This document shows positions 22,942 to 33,326 of a stretch of 64,000 nt of DNA, piece by piece. Made by a program: the position numbers and the translations under genes. Source of the stretch: an uncultured Gemmatimonadales bacterium (lineage in GTDB: Bacteria > Gemmatimonadota > Gemmatimonadetes > Gemmatimonadales > GWC2-71-9); NCBI GenBank assembly GCA_963842945.1, contig CAWJIM010000021.1:1-64000 (forward strand), written 5' to 3'. The first letter of the stretch is position 1. Each line of letters opens with the position of its first letter. The notes under the pieces are model-generated. The model ran no database searches and was not told where the DNA came from. It was given only the letters and a program-made list of their open reading frames with translations.

Positions 22942-23953
22942 TTGTCTCGTCATTCAGACCGCCTTTCTGGGCGACGTGGTCCTCACCACCCCGCTACTCT
23001 CCGTCCTGGCGGCCCGGTACGGCCCGGTGGATGTGGTCACGACGCCCGCCGCTGCCGGCCTCCTGGAGGGACACCCCGCGGTGCGGTCGGTGATTCGCTA
23101 CGACAAGCGCGGCGCGGACCGGGGGTGGCAGGGACTGCGGCGAATGGGGCGCGAGCTCCGAAGCCGGGCGCTATTCCCGGGTGTACCTTCCCCACCGGTC
23201 TCTTCGCTCGGCGGCGCTCGCCCTGTGGTCTGGAGCGCCGGAGCGGATCGGGTTTGCCGATGCGCCGGGCGCGATCAGCTACACTTCCCGCGTCGATCGT
23301 CCGGCGACTGGCCATGAGGTCGAGCGACTCCTGGCCCTGGCTCCGGCGGCTCCAGAGGAGAAGGCCGCGGTCAGCCTGCCACTGACCGATGAGGACCTTG
23401 CCCGGGCCGACGCGTGGCTCGCCAGTCACGGTGTGGGGCCAAGGTTTGCGGCGCTCGCCCCGGGATCGATCTGGGGAACGAAGCGCTGGCCCTATTATCC
23501 GGAGCTCGCCGCGAGGCTCGGTCGGATGGTGGTGGTGGTGGGCGGCGCCGATGACGCGGCACTGGCCAACGAGGTCGCGGCGGCGACACCGGCCCGGGTG
23601 GTGAATGCGGCGGGCGCGCTGAGCCTGCGGGAGTCGGCGGCGGTGATTCAGCGAGCGGCGGTGCTGGTCACGAACGATTCCGCTCCGCTGCACCTGGCAA
23701 CCGCGGTGGGCACGCCCATCGTAGCGCTATTCGGGCCGACGGTGCCCGAATTTGGATTTGGGCCCCGGCGCGCAGGCGACGTGACGCTGGGTCATGCCGG
23801 GCTGAGCTGCCGTCCCTGCTCGAGGCACGGTCCCCCCGCTGCCCACTGGGCCACCATCGGTGCATGCGTGAGCTGTCGGTTGATGCGGTGCTGGAGGCGA
23901 TAGCCAATATCGTAATTGCGGAGGAGTCGCGTGCGATTTGTCCTCGGAATTGA
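22841..23953 (+). CDS. Glycosyltransferase family 9 (WaaF-like LPS heptosyltransferase), 2 frameshifts
   Basis: LVIQTAFLGDVVLTTPLL, APGSIWGTKRWP, VTNDSAPLHLA, ALFGPT, CRPC...CPLGHHRCM. Confidence 0.9.
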
Positions 23954-24902
23954 TATAGGTGGAACCAATCTCGTCGTGGGCAGCGTGGCCGAGGACGGCT
24001 CCGCTCTGCTCGCGCTGGAGAGCGAACCTACCCATGCGGAGGCCGGACAGAGCGATGTGCTCGACCGGCTCATCACCCTGGCCCAGCGAGCCATCGAGCG
24101 GACCCGACGGGAGGTCAGAGGGGCGGAGATCATCGGCGTCGGGGTGGGGGCACCGGGCCCTCTCGACACCAAGAGCGGCATCGTGCTGCTCACCCCCAAT
24201 CTGGGCTGGGTCAATCTGCCGCTCCGCCAGATCATCCACGAGCGCCTCGGGCTTCCGGCCGCACTCGACAACGACGCCAACTGCGCCATGCTGGGCGAAT
24301 GGTGGATGGGCGCGGCCCGGGGCACCAAAAACGCGATCGGCATTACCATCGGCACCGGCATCGGAGGCGGCATCATCGTGGACGGCAAGCTGTACCACGG
24401 AGCATCCGATTGCGCCGGTGAGATCGGGCACACCACCATCGACACCGAGGGCCGCCGCTGCAAGTGCGGCAACTACGGGTGCCTCGAGGCATACGCCTCA
24501 GGACCCAACATCGCCATGCGCGCGGTGGAGGAGCTCAACGCAGGGGCGGTGAGCCGGCTGGCTGATTATGTCGGCGGCGACCTCCGGCAGGTCACCGCGC
24601 AGACGGTATACCAGGCCGCGCATGACGGAGACGACCTCGCCCTCGAGGTGGTGAACGACACCGCCAAGTTCCTCGGCGCGGGCATTGCCAATCTGCTGAA
24701 TGTCTTCAATCCGGAGGTGGTCGTCGTCTGCGGCGGCGTCACTCTCGCCGGCGACCACCTGTTCGACCCGCTCCGGCGTGAGGTGGCCCGGCGGGCCTTC
24801 AAGCCGGCGGTGAGCGTATGTCGCATCGTGCCCTGTGAGTTGTCGGGGGGAACCGCCGGCGTGTACGGGGCCGCCAAGGTATACCTCGATTGCTGTGCCT
24901 AA
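23931..24902 (+). CDS. ROK family sugar kinase (glucokinase-like)
   Basis: GIDIGGT, DNDANCA, TIGTGIGGG, GEIGH, CKCGNYGCLE; GGAGGAG SD. Confidence 0.93.
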   Translation: MRFVLGIDIGGTNLVVGSVAEDGSALLALESEPTHAEAGQSDVLDRLITLAQRAIERTRREVRGAEIIGVGVGAPGPLDTKSGIVLLTPNLGWVNLPLRQIIHERLGLPAALDNDANCAMLGEWWMGAARGTKNAIGITIGTGIGGGIIVDGKLYHGASDCAGEIGHTTIDTEGRRCKCGNYGCLEAYASGPNIAMRAVEELNAGAVSRLADYVGGDLRQVTAQTVYQAAHDGDDLALEVVNDTAKFLGAGIANLLNVFNPEVVVVCGGVTLAGDHLFDPLRREVARRAFKPAVSVCRIVPCELSGGTAGVYGAAKVYLDCCA

Positions 24903-25894
24903 AGTCGGCATCGTAGGCTCTCTGGTCTGGGATCAGATCCACGGACGCGATCCAACGGCCCCCCCGATGGAGGAGTGGGGCGGGATTGCCTACGCGCTCG
25001 GGGGGCTCGATGCCAGCCTCTCTCCCGATTGGGAGATCGTTCCGCTCATCAAGGTCGGCCGGGATCTCAGCGCGGAGGCCCAGCGGCTCTGGGGAGCCTG
25101 GCTCGACTCGCGCCGGGCGCGCGCTGCGTGGAGGTCACCGCCCCGAACAACCGGGTGGTGCTGCACTACGAGTCGACCGAGCGCCGGTGCGAGCGCATGT
25201 CGGGTGGTGTTCCGGGCTGGACCTGGGCCGAGTTGGGTCCCATGGTGAAGGACCTGGATGCCATCTATGTCAATTTCATCTCCGGATTCGAGCTCTGTCT
25301 GGGGACAGCCCAGGCTCTCCGGCAGGGGTTTCGGGGTCCCATCTATGCCGACCTCCACAGCCTGTTTCTGGGGATGCAGCAGGACGGAATCCGGGTGCTG
25401 CGTCCGCTGCCCGACGCTCCCAGCTGGTTCGGCTGTTTCGATTTCGTCCAGCTCAATGAGGATGAGATGCACCAGCTCACGGCGGATCCCCTGATTCTCG
25501 CAGCCGAGGCAATGGGAGTTGGGGTGTCTCTGCTCACCGTCACCCTGGGACCACGGGGCGCGGCGTATGTGGCGGCGCCGGGCTTCGATGGGCTGGCGGA
25601 CGGGCGGACGGGCGGCCGGCGGCGGTAGCTCGCCACCGATATCGGCCGTCGACCGTCCGCCGCGACCGACGTTCCGACGGTCCGGACCGCCTTAATCCCC
25701 GCTCCGAGGTCGACGCCCTGGACCCAACCGGCTGCGGCGACGTGTTCGGAGCCGCGGTATTCGCCCGGCTTCTGGCCGGAGATTCAGTCGAGCCGGCGTT
25801 ACGGCACGCCGCAAATCTCGCCGCGCGGAACGCCGCCTTTCGGGGGGCAAGCGGCCTCTCGCGATACCTGCGGGGCGAGCTGGTGACGCTGTGA
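24895..25894 (+). CDS. PfkB/ribokinase-family carbohydrate kinase (interrupted)
   Basis: VGIVGSLVWD, WGGIAY, QLNEDE, VTLGPRG; hand-translated tail DPTGCGDVFGA is the PfkB signature; TGA at 25892-25894. Confidence 0.85.
25595..25692. repeat. Tandem-repeat hairpin element inside the PfkB gene (8-mer GGCGGACG)
   Basis: GGCGGACG GGCGGACG GGCGGCCG GCGGCGG ... CCGTCGACCGTCCGCC GCGACCGACG... Confidence 0.7.
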
Positions 25895-26793
25895 CCCGGG
25901 TGGTCGAGGTCCCGGCGCACTTCGACGATCGCAGCTTCGACAGCTTCGCCGAAGGCTTCGGCGAGTGGCCGCCGGAGCCAAAGCTGCTGTTCGACGCCCG
26001 GGGCACCCAGTGGGCGTCACCCTACGGGCTGATCGGCCTGCTCACCGCGGGACAGGCGCTGGCCGAAGCCCGGCGGGAAAAACCATTGCTGACCGTCCCC
26101 ACCAGCGATGAGGTGAAGCGCTACTGGGCCAGGGCCGGCTTCTTCCAGCAGGCCGCCGAGCTGTTCGAGCTGCACGGCAAGGTTCCCCGGGCCACCACCA
26201 CCGGCCCCTCAGACGTGCTGCTCGACGTCACACCCGTGCGGGCATCAGAGGACGTGCATAGCGTCGTCGACAAGATTTCCGAGGGGGCATCCCGGATCCT
26301 GCATGGCGAGCTGGGGCTGGAGATGAAGGCGACACTCCGCTTCAGTATGGCGCTTTCCGAGGCCTGCCAGAATATTGTGGAGCACGCCGGCACCAGCGGC
26401 TGGGTGGCCGTGCAGGCGTATACCTTCCGTCGCCGTCTCGGCCGCAGAGTGGTTGTCATCGCCGTCAGCGATTCCGGGGTCGGCTTCCGCCGCTCACTCG
26501 AAAGCACTCATGCCAAACGGTTCGGCGAGCGCTGGGGAGACGGCGCGGCGCTGGAAGCAGCCCTCATCCAGGGTGTAAGCCGGTTTCGCGATCCTGGCCG
26601 GGGCCAAGGGCTGGCCTTCATCAAGCGCTTCCTGGACCAGTGGGAGGGAAAGATTTCCATCCGCAGCGGCACCGCCCGTCTCTCCATTGTTCCCCCCTGG
26701 GACGAAGATGCCCCGTTGACCGAGCGCCTTCCCTATTTTCCGGGTTCCCAGGTGCAAATCATCATTCCGGCGCAGCAGGCGGAGCGGCCGTGA
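25891..26793 (+). CDS. STAS-like plus HATPase_c (GHKL) protein, anti-sigma-kinase-like
   Basis: N box SEACQNIVEHA, G1 AVSDSGVG, G2 GRGQGL; N-terminal LLFDARGTQWASPYGL is STAS-like; no HisKA H-box seen. Confidence 0.8.
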   Translation: MTRVVEVPAHFDDRSFDSFAEGFGEWPPEPKLLFDARGTQWASPYGLIGLLTAGQALAEARREKPLLTVPTSDEVKRYWARAGFFQQAAELFELHGKVPRATTTGPSDVLLDVTPVRASEDVHSVVDKISEGASRILHGELGLEMKATLRFSMALSEACQNIVEHAGTSGWVAVQAYTFRRRLGRRVVVIAVSDSGVGFRRSLESTHAKRFGERWGDGAALEAALIQGVSRFRDPGRGQGLAFIKRFLDQWEGKISIRSGTARLSIVPPWDEDAPLTERLPYFPGSQVQIIIPAQQAERP

Positions 26794-27326
26794 TCCAGAC
26801 CATCCGGATCGGGCACCTGCTGCGCGAGGCTGTCGCCGCTCCCTATCGCAATCTGGTTACCCGTCCCACCGGTGCGGCCGTGCGAAGCAGAATCGAGGAG
26901 ACTCTGGCTGGGAGCCGTTGCCTCACCGCGCTGCTGGATTTTTCCGAGATCGAGCTGGTGGACCTGAGCTGCGCCGATGAGGTGGTGGCCAAGCTGCTGT
27001 TGGCGGGCCGGGGCGCCTATTTCTTCGTGCTGCAAGGCCTCCGTGAAGATCAACACGAGGCCATAGACCACGTGCTCACTCATCACCGCCTGGCCGTCGC
27101 CGCGGTGCCGCAGGATAAGGGAGAGCCGCGCCTGCTGGGCTGGGTTCCCTCGGACGAGCGCGAGGCCTTCGCCTGCATCTGCGATCGCGGTCCGCTCGGG
27201 GTGGGCGATCTGGCGGGAGCCATGGGTTGGCTGGAAACCCGGAGTCGCGACGCTCTTCGCAATCTCGCCGCCCACCGGCTGGTGCGTCCGGTCGGCGAGG
27301 TGTACCACCCTCTTCCCACGGCATGA
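26790..27326 (+). CDS. STAS-like (DUF4325-like) plus C-terminal winged-helix protein
   Basis: LVTRPTGAAVR, LLDFSEIELVDLSCADEVVAKL; C-terminal GPLGVGDLAGAMGWLETRSRDALRNLAAHRLV is wHTH-like. Confidence 0.7.
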   Translation: MIQTIRIGHLLREAVAAPYRNLVTRPTGAAVRSRIEETLAGSRCLTALLDFSEIELVDLSCADEVVAKLLLAGRGAYFFVLQGLREDQHEAIDHVLTHHRLAVAAVPQDKGEPRLLGWVPSDEREAFACICDRGPLGVGDLAGAMGWLETRSRDALRNLAAHRLVRPVGEVYHPLPTA

Positions 27327-28481
27327 CCCGGCGGCAAGGGTTCTCCACCACCGCCATCCATGGCATCCCGCAGCGGCGGCCGGACTGGTCGCCGGTGGCG
27401 CCGGCCATTCAGCAGAGCAGCACCTTCACCAATCCGGTCGGCAGCGACGAAGAGGTGCTCTACAGCCGCTACGGCAACAACCCCAATCAGCTCGCGCTGG
27501 CCAAGAAGTACGCCCTGCTCGAGGGCACCGAGGACGCCATTTTCGTGGCCAGCGGTATGGGGGCCACCGCGCTGGCTCACCTGGCGGTGTTGCGTCCGGG
27601 CGATCATCTGATCTCCAGCAGCTGGATCTATGGAGGCACTCAGCACCTGTTCGACCAGGAGCTGGCGCGATTCGGGATCGATGTGACCTACGTGAATCCC
27701 GAGCAGCCGCGGCATTGGCGCAAAGCTGTCCGGAAGGCCACCCGCGCCATCTTCGTCGAGTCGCCCACCAATCCGCTCATGCGGGTGATCGATCTGGGGC
27801 CCATCGCCTACGCGGCGGAGGAAGAGGGACTGGCCCTGCTGGTGGACGCCACCTTTGCGAGCCCCTTCAATTTCCAGGCAGTCGAGCACGGCGCCGACGT
27901 GGTCATCACCAGCGCGACCAAGTACCTCAACGGTCACAGCGACGTGATCGCCGGCGCGGTGGCGGGCTCCGCCTCACTGGTGGAGGAGGTGAGCCGCCTG
28001 ATGCGCCTCTGGGGTCAGGCGATCGATCCCCATGCCGCCTGGCTCATCGATCGCGGAATGCGAACGCTCGGCGTTCGAATGGAGCGGCACAACGCCAACG
28101 GTCTCGCCGTGGCCAGTTGGGCCGAGATCCCAGGAGGGCATCGTGCGGGTGCACTACCCCGGGCTTCCCTCGCACCCCGACCACGGGTACGCCAAGAAGG
28201 TGCTGCATGGATTCGGCGGCATGGTGGGGCTCGAGCTCAAGGGCGGCGTCAAAGCGGCGGAGCGGTTCCTCAAGCGGCTCAAGATGATCGCGCACGCGCC
28301 CAGCCTGGCCGGAGTCGAGACACTGGTCTCGGAACCGCGGCTCACGTCACACAAGAGCATCGGCGCCGAGGGCCGCGCCAAGATCGGGATTCCCGACGGC
28401 TTTCTGCGGTTGAGCTGCGGGCTCGAGGACGCGGAGGATATCATCGCCGATCTGGAGCAGGCGCTGAGAAGTGAGAAGTGA
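27323..28481 (+). CDS. Cys/Met metabolism PLP enzyme (cystathionine gamma-lyase/synthase or methionine gamma-lyase family), frameshift near 28125
   Basis: YSRYGNNP, SGMGA, YGGT, ESPTNP, VDATFASP, SATKYLNGHSD, SLAGVETL, LRLSCGLED. Confidence 0.92.
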
Positions 28482-28486
28482 GAGGT
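28465..28486. repeat. Solo 7-mer arm TGAGAAG x3 over a stop codon
   Basis: TGAGAAG TGAGAAG TGAGAGG T. Confidence 0.5.
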
Positions 28487-28505
28487 AAAGCGTTATTTTC
28501 CCCCC

Positions 28506-29196
28506 GTGATCCGTTTCGCCAACGTATACAAAGCTTATCCTAACGGTGCGCTGGCCCTGAAGGACGTGACCTTTCACGTCTCCAAGGGCGAGTTCGTATT
28601 TCTCACCGGGCACTCCGGCGCCGGCAAGTCCACCATCATGAAGCTCCTCTTTGCCGAGCAGAAGCCCAGCGCGGGAGAGGTGCGGGTCTCCGGCTACAAC
28701 GTCAATCGCTCTGAAGCCGGACGACGTGCCCCGGCTGCGCCGCCGCCTGGGCGTGGTGTTCCAGGATTTCCGCCTGCTGGAAGACCGGACCGCCGCCGAG
28801 AATATCGCCTTTGCCCTGGAAGTGACCGGGGCCAGAACCGACACCATAGCAGCCCGGGTGATGCGGGTGCTCACTCAGGTCGGGCTCTCGGCCAAGAGCC
28901 GGGCCTATCCCCGCGAGCTGTCGGGCGGCGAGCAGCAGAGGGTGGCGATCGCCCGCGCGCTGGTGAACGACCCCGCCATTCTCCTGGCCGACGAGCCCAC
29001 CGGTAATCTGGACGAGCGGGCCACCCGCGGGGTGTTTCAGCTGCTCCGCGACATCAACGCGGGGGGAACCGTGGTGGTCATGGCCACGCACGATCTCGAT
29101 CTGGTCCGGCAAACCTCCTACCGCATCATCGAGATGCGGGAGGGAAGCGTGGTGTACGACAGCCAGGTGGACGAGGCCCAGGCGGAGGCCAAGTGA
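28506..29196 (+). CDS. ftsE: Cell division ATP-binding protein FtsE (frameshift near 28705)
   Basis: [40 protein letters not shown]; upstream of ftsX. Confidence 0.93.
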
Positions 29197-30063
29197 AGCT
29201 GCTCACCCGCGAGGCGCTGCTGTCGTTTCGCCGGGCCCCGCTCCTCTCCGCTCTCTCCGTCACCACCATCGCCTTCTCGCTCTTCACGGTGGGCCTCTTC
29301 GGCCTGGTCGCGTTGAATCTGCGCCAGGCGCTGCGAGGCCTGGAGGAGCGGGTCGAGATCGTCGGGTTCGTTCTGCGGGGAACGCCCTCGGAGGCCATCG
29401 CAGTCGCCACCCAGGACATCTCCGCCTTTCCCGAGGTGAAGGACGTGAGCTACGTCAGCGAAGAGGAGGCGCTGCAGCGGGCCCGCAAGGAGCTGGTGGA
29501 GTTTCGCGATGCCTATCGGGATCTCCAGGTGAATCCGCTCCCCGCGTCGATCGAGGTCCGGCTCAAGGACGGCTTTCGCGATGCCGCAACGGTCGAGCGG
29601 GTGGCCCAGCGGCTCAGGGGCTTCGGGTTCATCGACGATGTGCGCTACGGCCGGGAGTGGGTGCAGAAGCTCGACTACCTCCGCAACATCACCGGTCTGG
29701 TGGGTCTGGTGATCGGTCTCGCGTTTGCCGCGGTGGCGGTGGTGATCATCGGCGTCACCATCCGACTCACCATTCTCCAGCGAGCCAGAGAGATCTCCAT
29801 CATGCGGCTGGTGGGCGCGACCAACTGGTTCATCCGGGGCCCGTTCCTGCTGGAGGGCGCGTTGAAGGGCCTGCTGGGCGGGTTCCTTTCTCTGGTTCTC
29901 TGCTATGCCGGCTATCTCCTCTTTCGGGACAAGAGCGGGGGGACCTTTGCGGGTCTCCTCTTCTTCGACCCCTGAGCACATGGTCGTCATCGTCATCTTC
30001 GGGGTGCTCCTGGGCCTGGCCGGTAGCCTGGTGAGCGTGGGCCGGCATCTCAGGCATGTGTAG
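29193..30063 (+). CDS. ftsX: Cell division permease FtsX (frameshift near 29970)
   Basis: NPLPASIEV, TIRLTILQRAREISIMRLVGATNWFIRGPFLLEG. Confidence 0.93.
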
Positions 30064-30168
30064 GCGGGGCAGCGGGGCAGCGGGGCAGCGGGGCGGCTTG
30101 CTCAGCCTGCATGTGACCTTCCGGTGCGCTTTGGCTGCCCTGCTGCCCCGCTGCCCCACTGCCCCGCT
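30063..30168. repeat. Tandem-repeat hairpin element (AGCGGGGC / GCTGCCCC) at the ftsX/envC junction
   Basis: GGCGGGGC (AGCGGGGC)x3 GGC ... GCTGCCCT GCTGCCCC GCTGCCCC ACTGCCCC GCT. Confidence 0.88.
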
Positions 30169-31333
30169 CTGCGCGCTCGCCATGATCAGTGCCATTCTCC
30201 CGGTCCGCGCGACTGCGCAGACCGATCTCGAGGAAAGCCGGCGCCGATTAGAAGAGATCCGCGCCGAACGAGACCGGCTGGAGCGCCAGCGGGAGCGGCT
30301 GCAGGGACAGGTGCACGACGTGAATGACGAGCTGAGCAACCTGGAGCGGCAGCGGGAGTCCACCCAGCGCATCGTGGACGAGATCGAGCGCCAAATCGGA
30401 GGACTGGCCTCTCAGCTCGATCGCTCGAGCGCCGAGCTGATCCTGGCGCAGGACAACCTGGCCGAACGCCGGGCCGTACTGGAGCGGCGGCTGATCGACA
30501 TCTACAAGCGGGGCCCGCTGCACACCTTTCAGGTGCTGCTCGCCGCAGAATCCTTTGGCGACCTGCTCAGTCGCTACAAGTATCTCTACCTGACCAGCGA
30601 ACAGGACCGGGCCCTGGTGGATGATGTCGAGAAGCTGCGAAACCGGGTGGTCCAGCAGCGTAACAACATTCTGAATGTCCGGGGCGAGCTGGACCGGCGG
30701 AGAGAGGAACGCGAGGCGGAGTTCAGCCGGTATACCGAGCTGGCTTCGGAGCGGGCCAGAAAGCTGCAGACCCTGCAGCGATCGGCCCGCAGCACCGAGC
30801 GGCGGCTAAGCCAGCTGCAGAAAGACGAATCGCGGCTCAACGGCCTGCTGGCATCGCTGGAGCGCGCCCGCCGCGACGAGCTGGCCCGGGGTGCGCTCCG
30901 CGGCGCCGTCGCCACGCCCGGATCCATCACGACGGCAGACCTGGGCAAGCTGGATTGGCCGGTTGAGGGAGCCATCGTCTACCACTTCGGCCGCGACACC
31001 CTTCCCAGCGGCGGAATCATTCGCTGGAACGGCGTGGGCATTGCCGCACCCGTGGGCACGCCGGTCAAAGCGGTGGAATCGGGGAGGGTTCGGCTGGTAG
31101 GTCAGTTCGGCACCTACGGGTTGACCATCGTATTGGAGCACGGCAACGGGTACTACTCGGTCTATTCCCACCTGGAGTCAGCCGAGGTGAAGCTCGGCGC
31201 CTCGGTGGACAAGGGACGGAAGCTTGGTACGGTGGGAGGCCAGAACTCCGACTACGGCCCTCACTTGCATTTCGAGATCCGGGGGGAAAACCAGATCGCC
31301 CTCGATCCGACAACGTGGCTTCGTAGGAGGTAG
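30113..31333 (+). CDS. EnvC-like murein hydrolase activator (coiled coil plus M23 domain); start uncertain
   Basis: Long coiled coil, LDWPVEG, WNGVGI, YSHL, PHLHFEIR; follows ftsEX. Confidence 0.9.
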   Translation: MTFRCALAALLPRCPTAPLCALAMISAILPVRATAQTDLEESRRRLEEIRAERDRLERQRERLQGQVHDVNDELSNLERQRESTQRIVDEIERQIGGLASQLDRSSAELILAQDNLAERRAVLERRLIDIYKRGPLHTFQVLLAAESFGDLLSRYKYLYLTSEQDRALVDDVEKLRNRVVQQRNNILNVRGELDRRREEREAEFSRYTELASERARKLQTLQRSARSTERRLSQLQKDESRLNGLLASLERARRDELARGALRGAVATPGSITTADLGKLDWPVEGAIVYHFGRDTLPSGGIIRWNGVGIAAPVGTPVKAVESGRVRLVGQFGTYGLTIVLEHGNGYYSVYSHLESAEVKLGASVDKGRKLGTVGGQNSDYGPHLHFEIRGENQIALDPTTWLRRR

Positions 31334-31467
31334 GCAGCGGGGAAGCGGGGAAGCGGGGCAGCGAGGCAGCGAGGCAGCGAGGCAGCGAGGCAGCGAGGCA
31401 GCGAGGCAGCGAGGCAGCGAGGTACAGCTCGAGCTCACTGCCGGCCGCGCTGCCCCGCTGCCCCGCC
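31333..31467. repeat. Tandem-repeat hairpin element with an expanded arm (11 x 8-mer, 8 perfect GGCAGCGA)
   Basis: Counted directly at 31333-31420; short C-rich arm gctgccccgctgccccgcc ends at the convergent stop. Confidence 0.92.
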
Positions 31468-32396
31468 TAAACCGCCACCCCGATCCGCTCACTCGACTGG
31501 GCTCGTCCCCGCATCAGGGCCGCCTCCGCCATCGCGAACAGGTCGTCCGGCTGGAAGGCGGCCGGGTGAGGGAAGGTGACGATCCCGGCGCTGAACCGGG
31601 CTGATCCGAAACGGGGGTCGCCCTCCAAGGGGAGCGACGTCAGCCGTTCCCGCACTCGGATCAACGACTGGCGGGCCCCCGACTGGCCCGGTCTCCGGCA
31701 GGACGATGGCAAATTCGCCGGTGCCATAGGGAGCAACCAGATCCGGCATCCTCAGCTCCCGGCGCAGGGTCTGGGTCACCTCTTCCCGAAGGCGAGCGGC
31801 GGCCTCGGGACATTGCCGCTGTTCGGAGTCCTGCAGCTCGTCCACTCCGAGTAAAATCAAGCTGAAGCTGAGGGAGTAGCGCCGGGCGCGCTCGAATTCC
31901 TCCTGGACCCGCTGCTCCAGGGCTTCAGAGACCTGGGTCGGGAGGGTAGCCTCCGAGCCCCGTCTGTTCGATGCTGGTGGCAAGCCGGAGCCGGCCGTCT
32001 GGGAGGCTGACTCTTCCGGCTGCCGGTGCTCCCGAATCCGGGTGTGGAGCCGGGCGCAGAGCTCAGGCAGGTGAATGGGAGCGACCAGGGCATCGGCGGC
32101 ACCCCGGGCCAAGCGCGGCGGCCGGCCCGTCCGGATCCGCGCTCGACAGGACCACGACCTGAGGGGTCGACCCGTGGTTCACCGGGTAATCGGCGATCAG
32201 GCGGTCACCGGGGCCGCAGCTGGCTCAGGGTGATGAGAATGGCATCACTGGCAGGACGAAGGGCGGGATCTTCCTGCTCGAGAAGCTGAAAGCCGGCACG
32301 GGTGAGCGCCCGCTCCAGACCCTCGGGCCGGGCAGCGGCTTCCCCCAGCAGGAGAACCCGTGGGCGGTTGGGCTGTTCAGTTAAAGGCTCGCTCAC
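31467..32396 (-). CDS. Receiver-like plus degenerate GGDEF domain protein (frameshifted)
   Basis: RVLLLG...LERALTRAGF; EEFERARRYSLSFSLILL; LRMPDLVAPYGTGEFAIVLPET; FSAGIV. Confidence 0.75.
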
Positions 32397-32413
32397 ATCA
32401 GACAGAGGAGTGC

Positions 32414-33295
32414 ATGCGTCACGCGCGAATGGGTGAACGGCTGGGAGCTCATGTATCGGTCCAGGGAGGCGTCGACAAGGCGCCGATCAGAGGAAAGGCG
32501 ATTGGAGCGACGGCCATTCAGGTGTTTACCAAGACGCCAAGCCAGTGGCGTGAACCGAGCATTCCCGCGGAGTCTTTTGCCGCCTTCCGCCAACAATGTG
32601 AGCGGCATCAGTTCACTAGTATAGTGGCGCATGATTCGTACCTTATCAACCTCGCCACTCCGGACCCGGTGTTAAGTGCCCGGTCGGAGGCCGCTTTCAT
32701 TGGCGAGCTTCGGCGATGCGAGGCGTTCGGCATCCCCTATCTGGTGTCGCACCCCGGCAACTACATGGATAGCCGGAAGGCGGGCCTCAGACGGAACGCG
32801 GCCGCCTATACCCGCTGTCTGCGCGCGGTGCCCGGGTCTGTGGTGGTGTTGCTGGAGACGACCGCCGGTTGCGGTACCGCTCTCGGCAGCAACTTCGAGG
32901 AGCTGGCGGCGCTCCGCCAGATGGTCGGGTCTGATATCCGGCACCGGGTGGCGTACTGCGCCGATACCTGCCACCTCTACTCCTCGGGCTATGATCTGGT
33001 GCTCGACTATCAGGGGGTTTGGGAACAATGGGATGCCATCCTCGGTCTGGACCTTCTCCGCTGTCTCCACCTCAACGATTCGAAGACACCTTTTGCATCC
33101 TGTCGCGATCGACATGAGCTGATCGCGGAAGGATCGTTGGGGCCCCGGCCATTTCGTCGGATTATGACCGACCCGCGGTTTGATCACGTGATCAAGATCC
33201 TGGAAACGCCCAAGGGCAAGGACGGCGTTACCGCAGACCGGAAGATGCTGCGACGGCTTCGCACGTACGCGCGAGCCGTTCGCGTATCGCGTTGA
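32414..33295 (+). CDS. nfo: Endonuclease IV
   Basis: LGAHVS, QVFTK, HDSYLINL, HPG, LETTAG, DTCHL, HLNDSK, DRHE, ILETPK. Confidence 0.95.
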   Translation: MRHARMGERLGAHVSVQGGVDKAPIRGKAIGATAIQVFTKTPSQWREPSIPAESFAAFRQQCERHQFTSIVAHDSYLINLATPDPVLSARSEAAFIGELRRCEAFGIPYLVSHPGNYMDSRKAGLRRNAAAYTRCLRAVPGSVVVLLETTAGCGTALGSNFEELAALRQMVGSDIRHRVAYCADTCHLYSSGYDLVLDYQGVWEQWDAILGLDLLRCLHLNDSKTPFASCRDRHELIAEGSLGPRPFRRIMTDPRFDHVIKILETPKGKDGVTADRKMLRRLRTYARAVRVSR

Positions 33296-33326
33296 CCCCC
33301 CGCCCCTCTCCGTCCATACTTGCTCG

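Noticed and set aside
31333..31422. Possible CRISPR array
   Set aside because: Contiguous 8-mers with no unique spacers, and no cas genes in the window.
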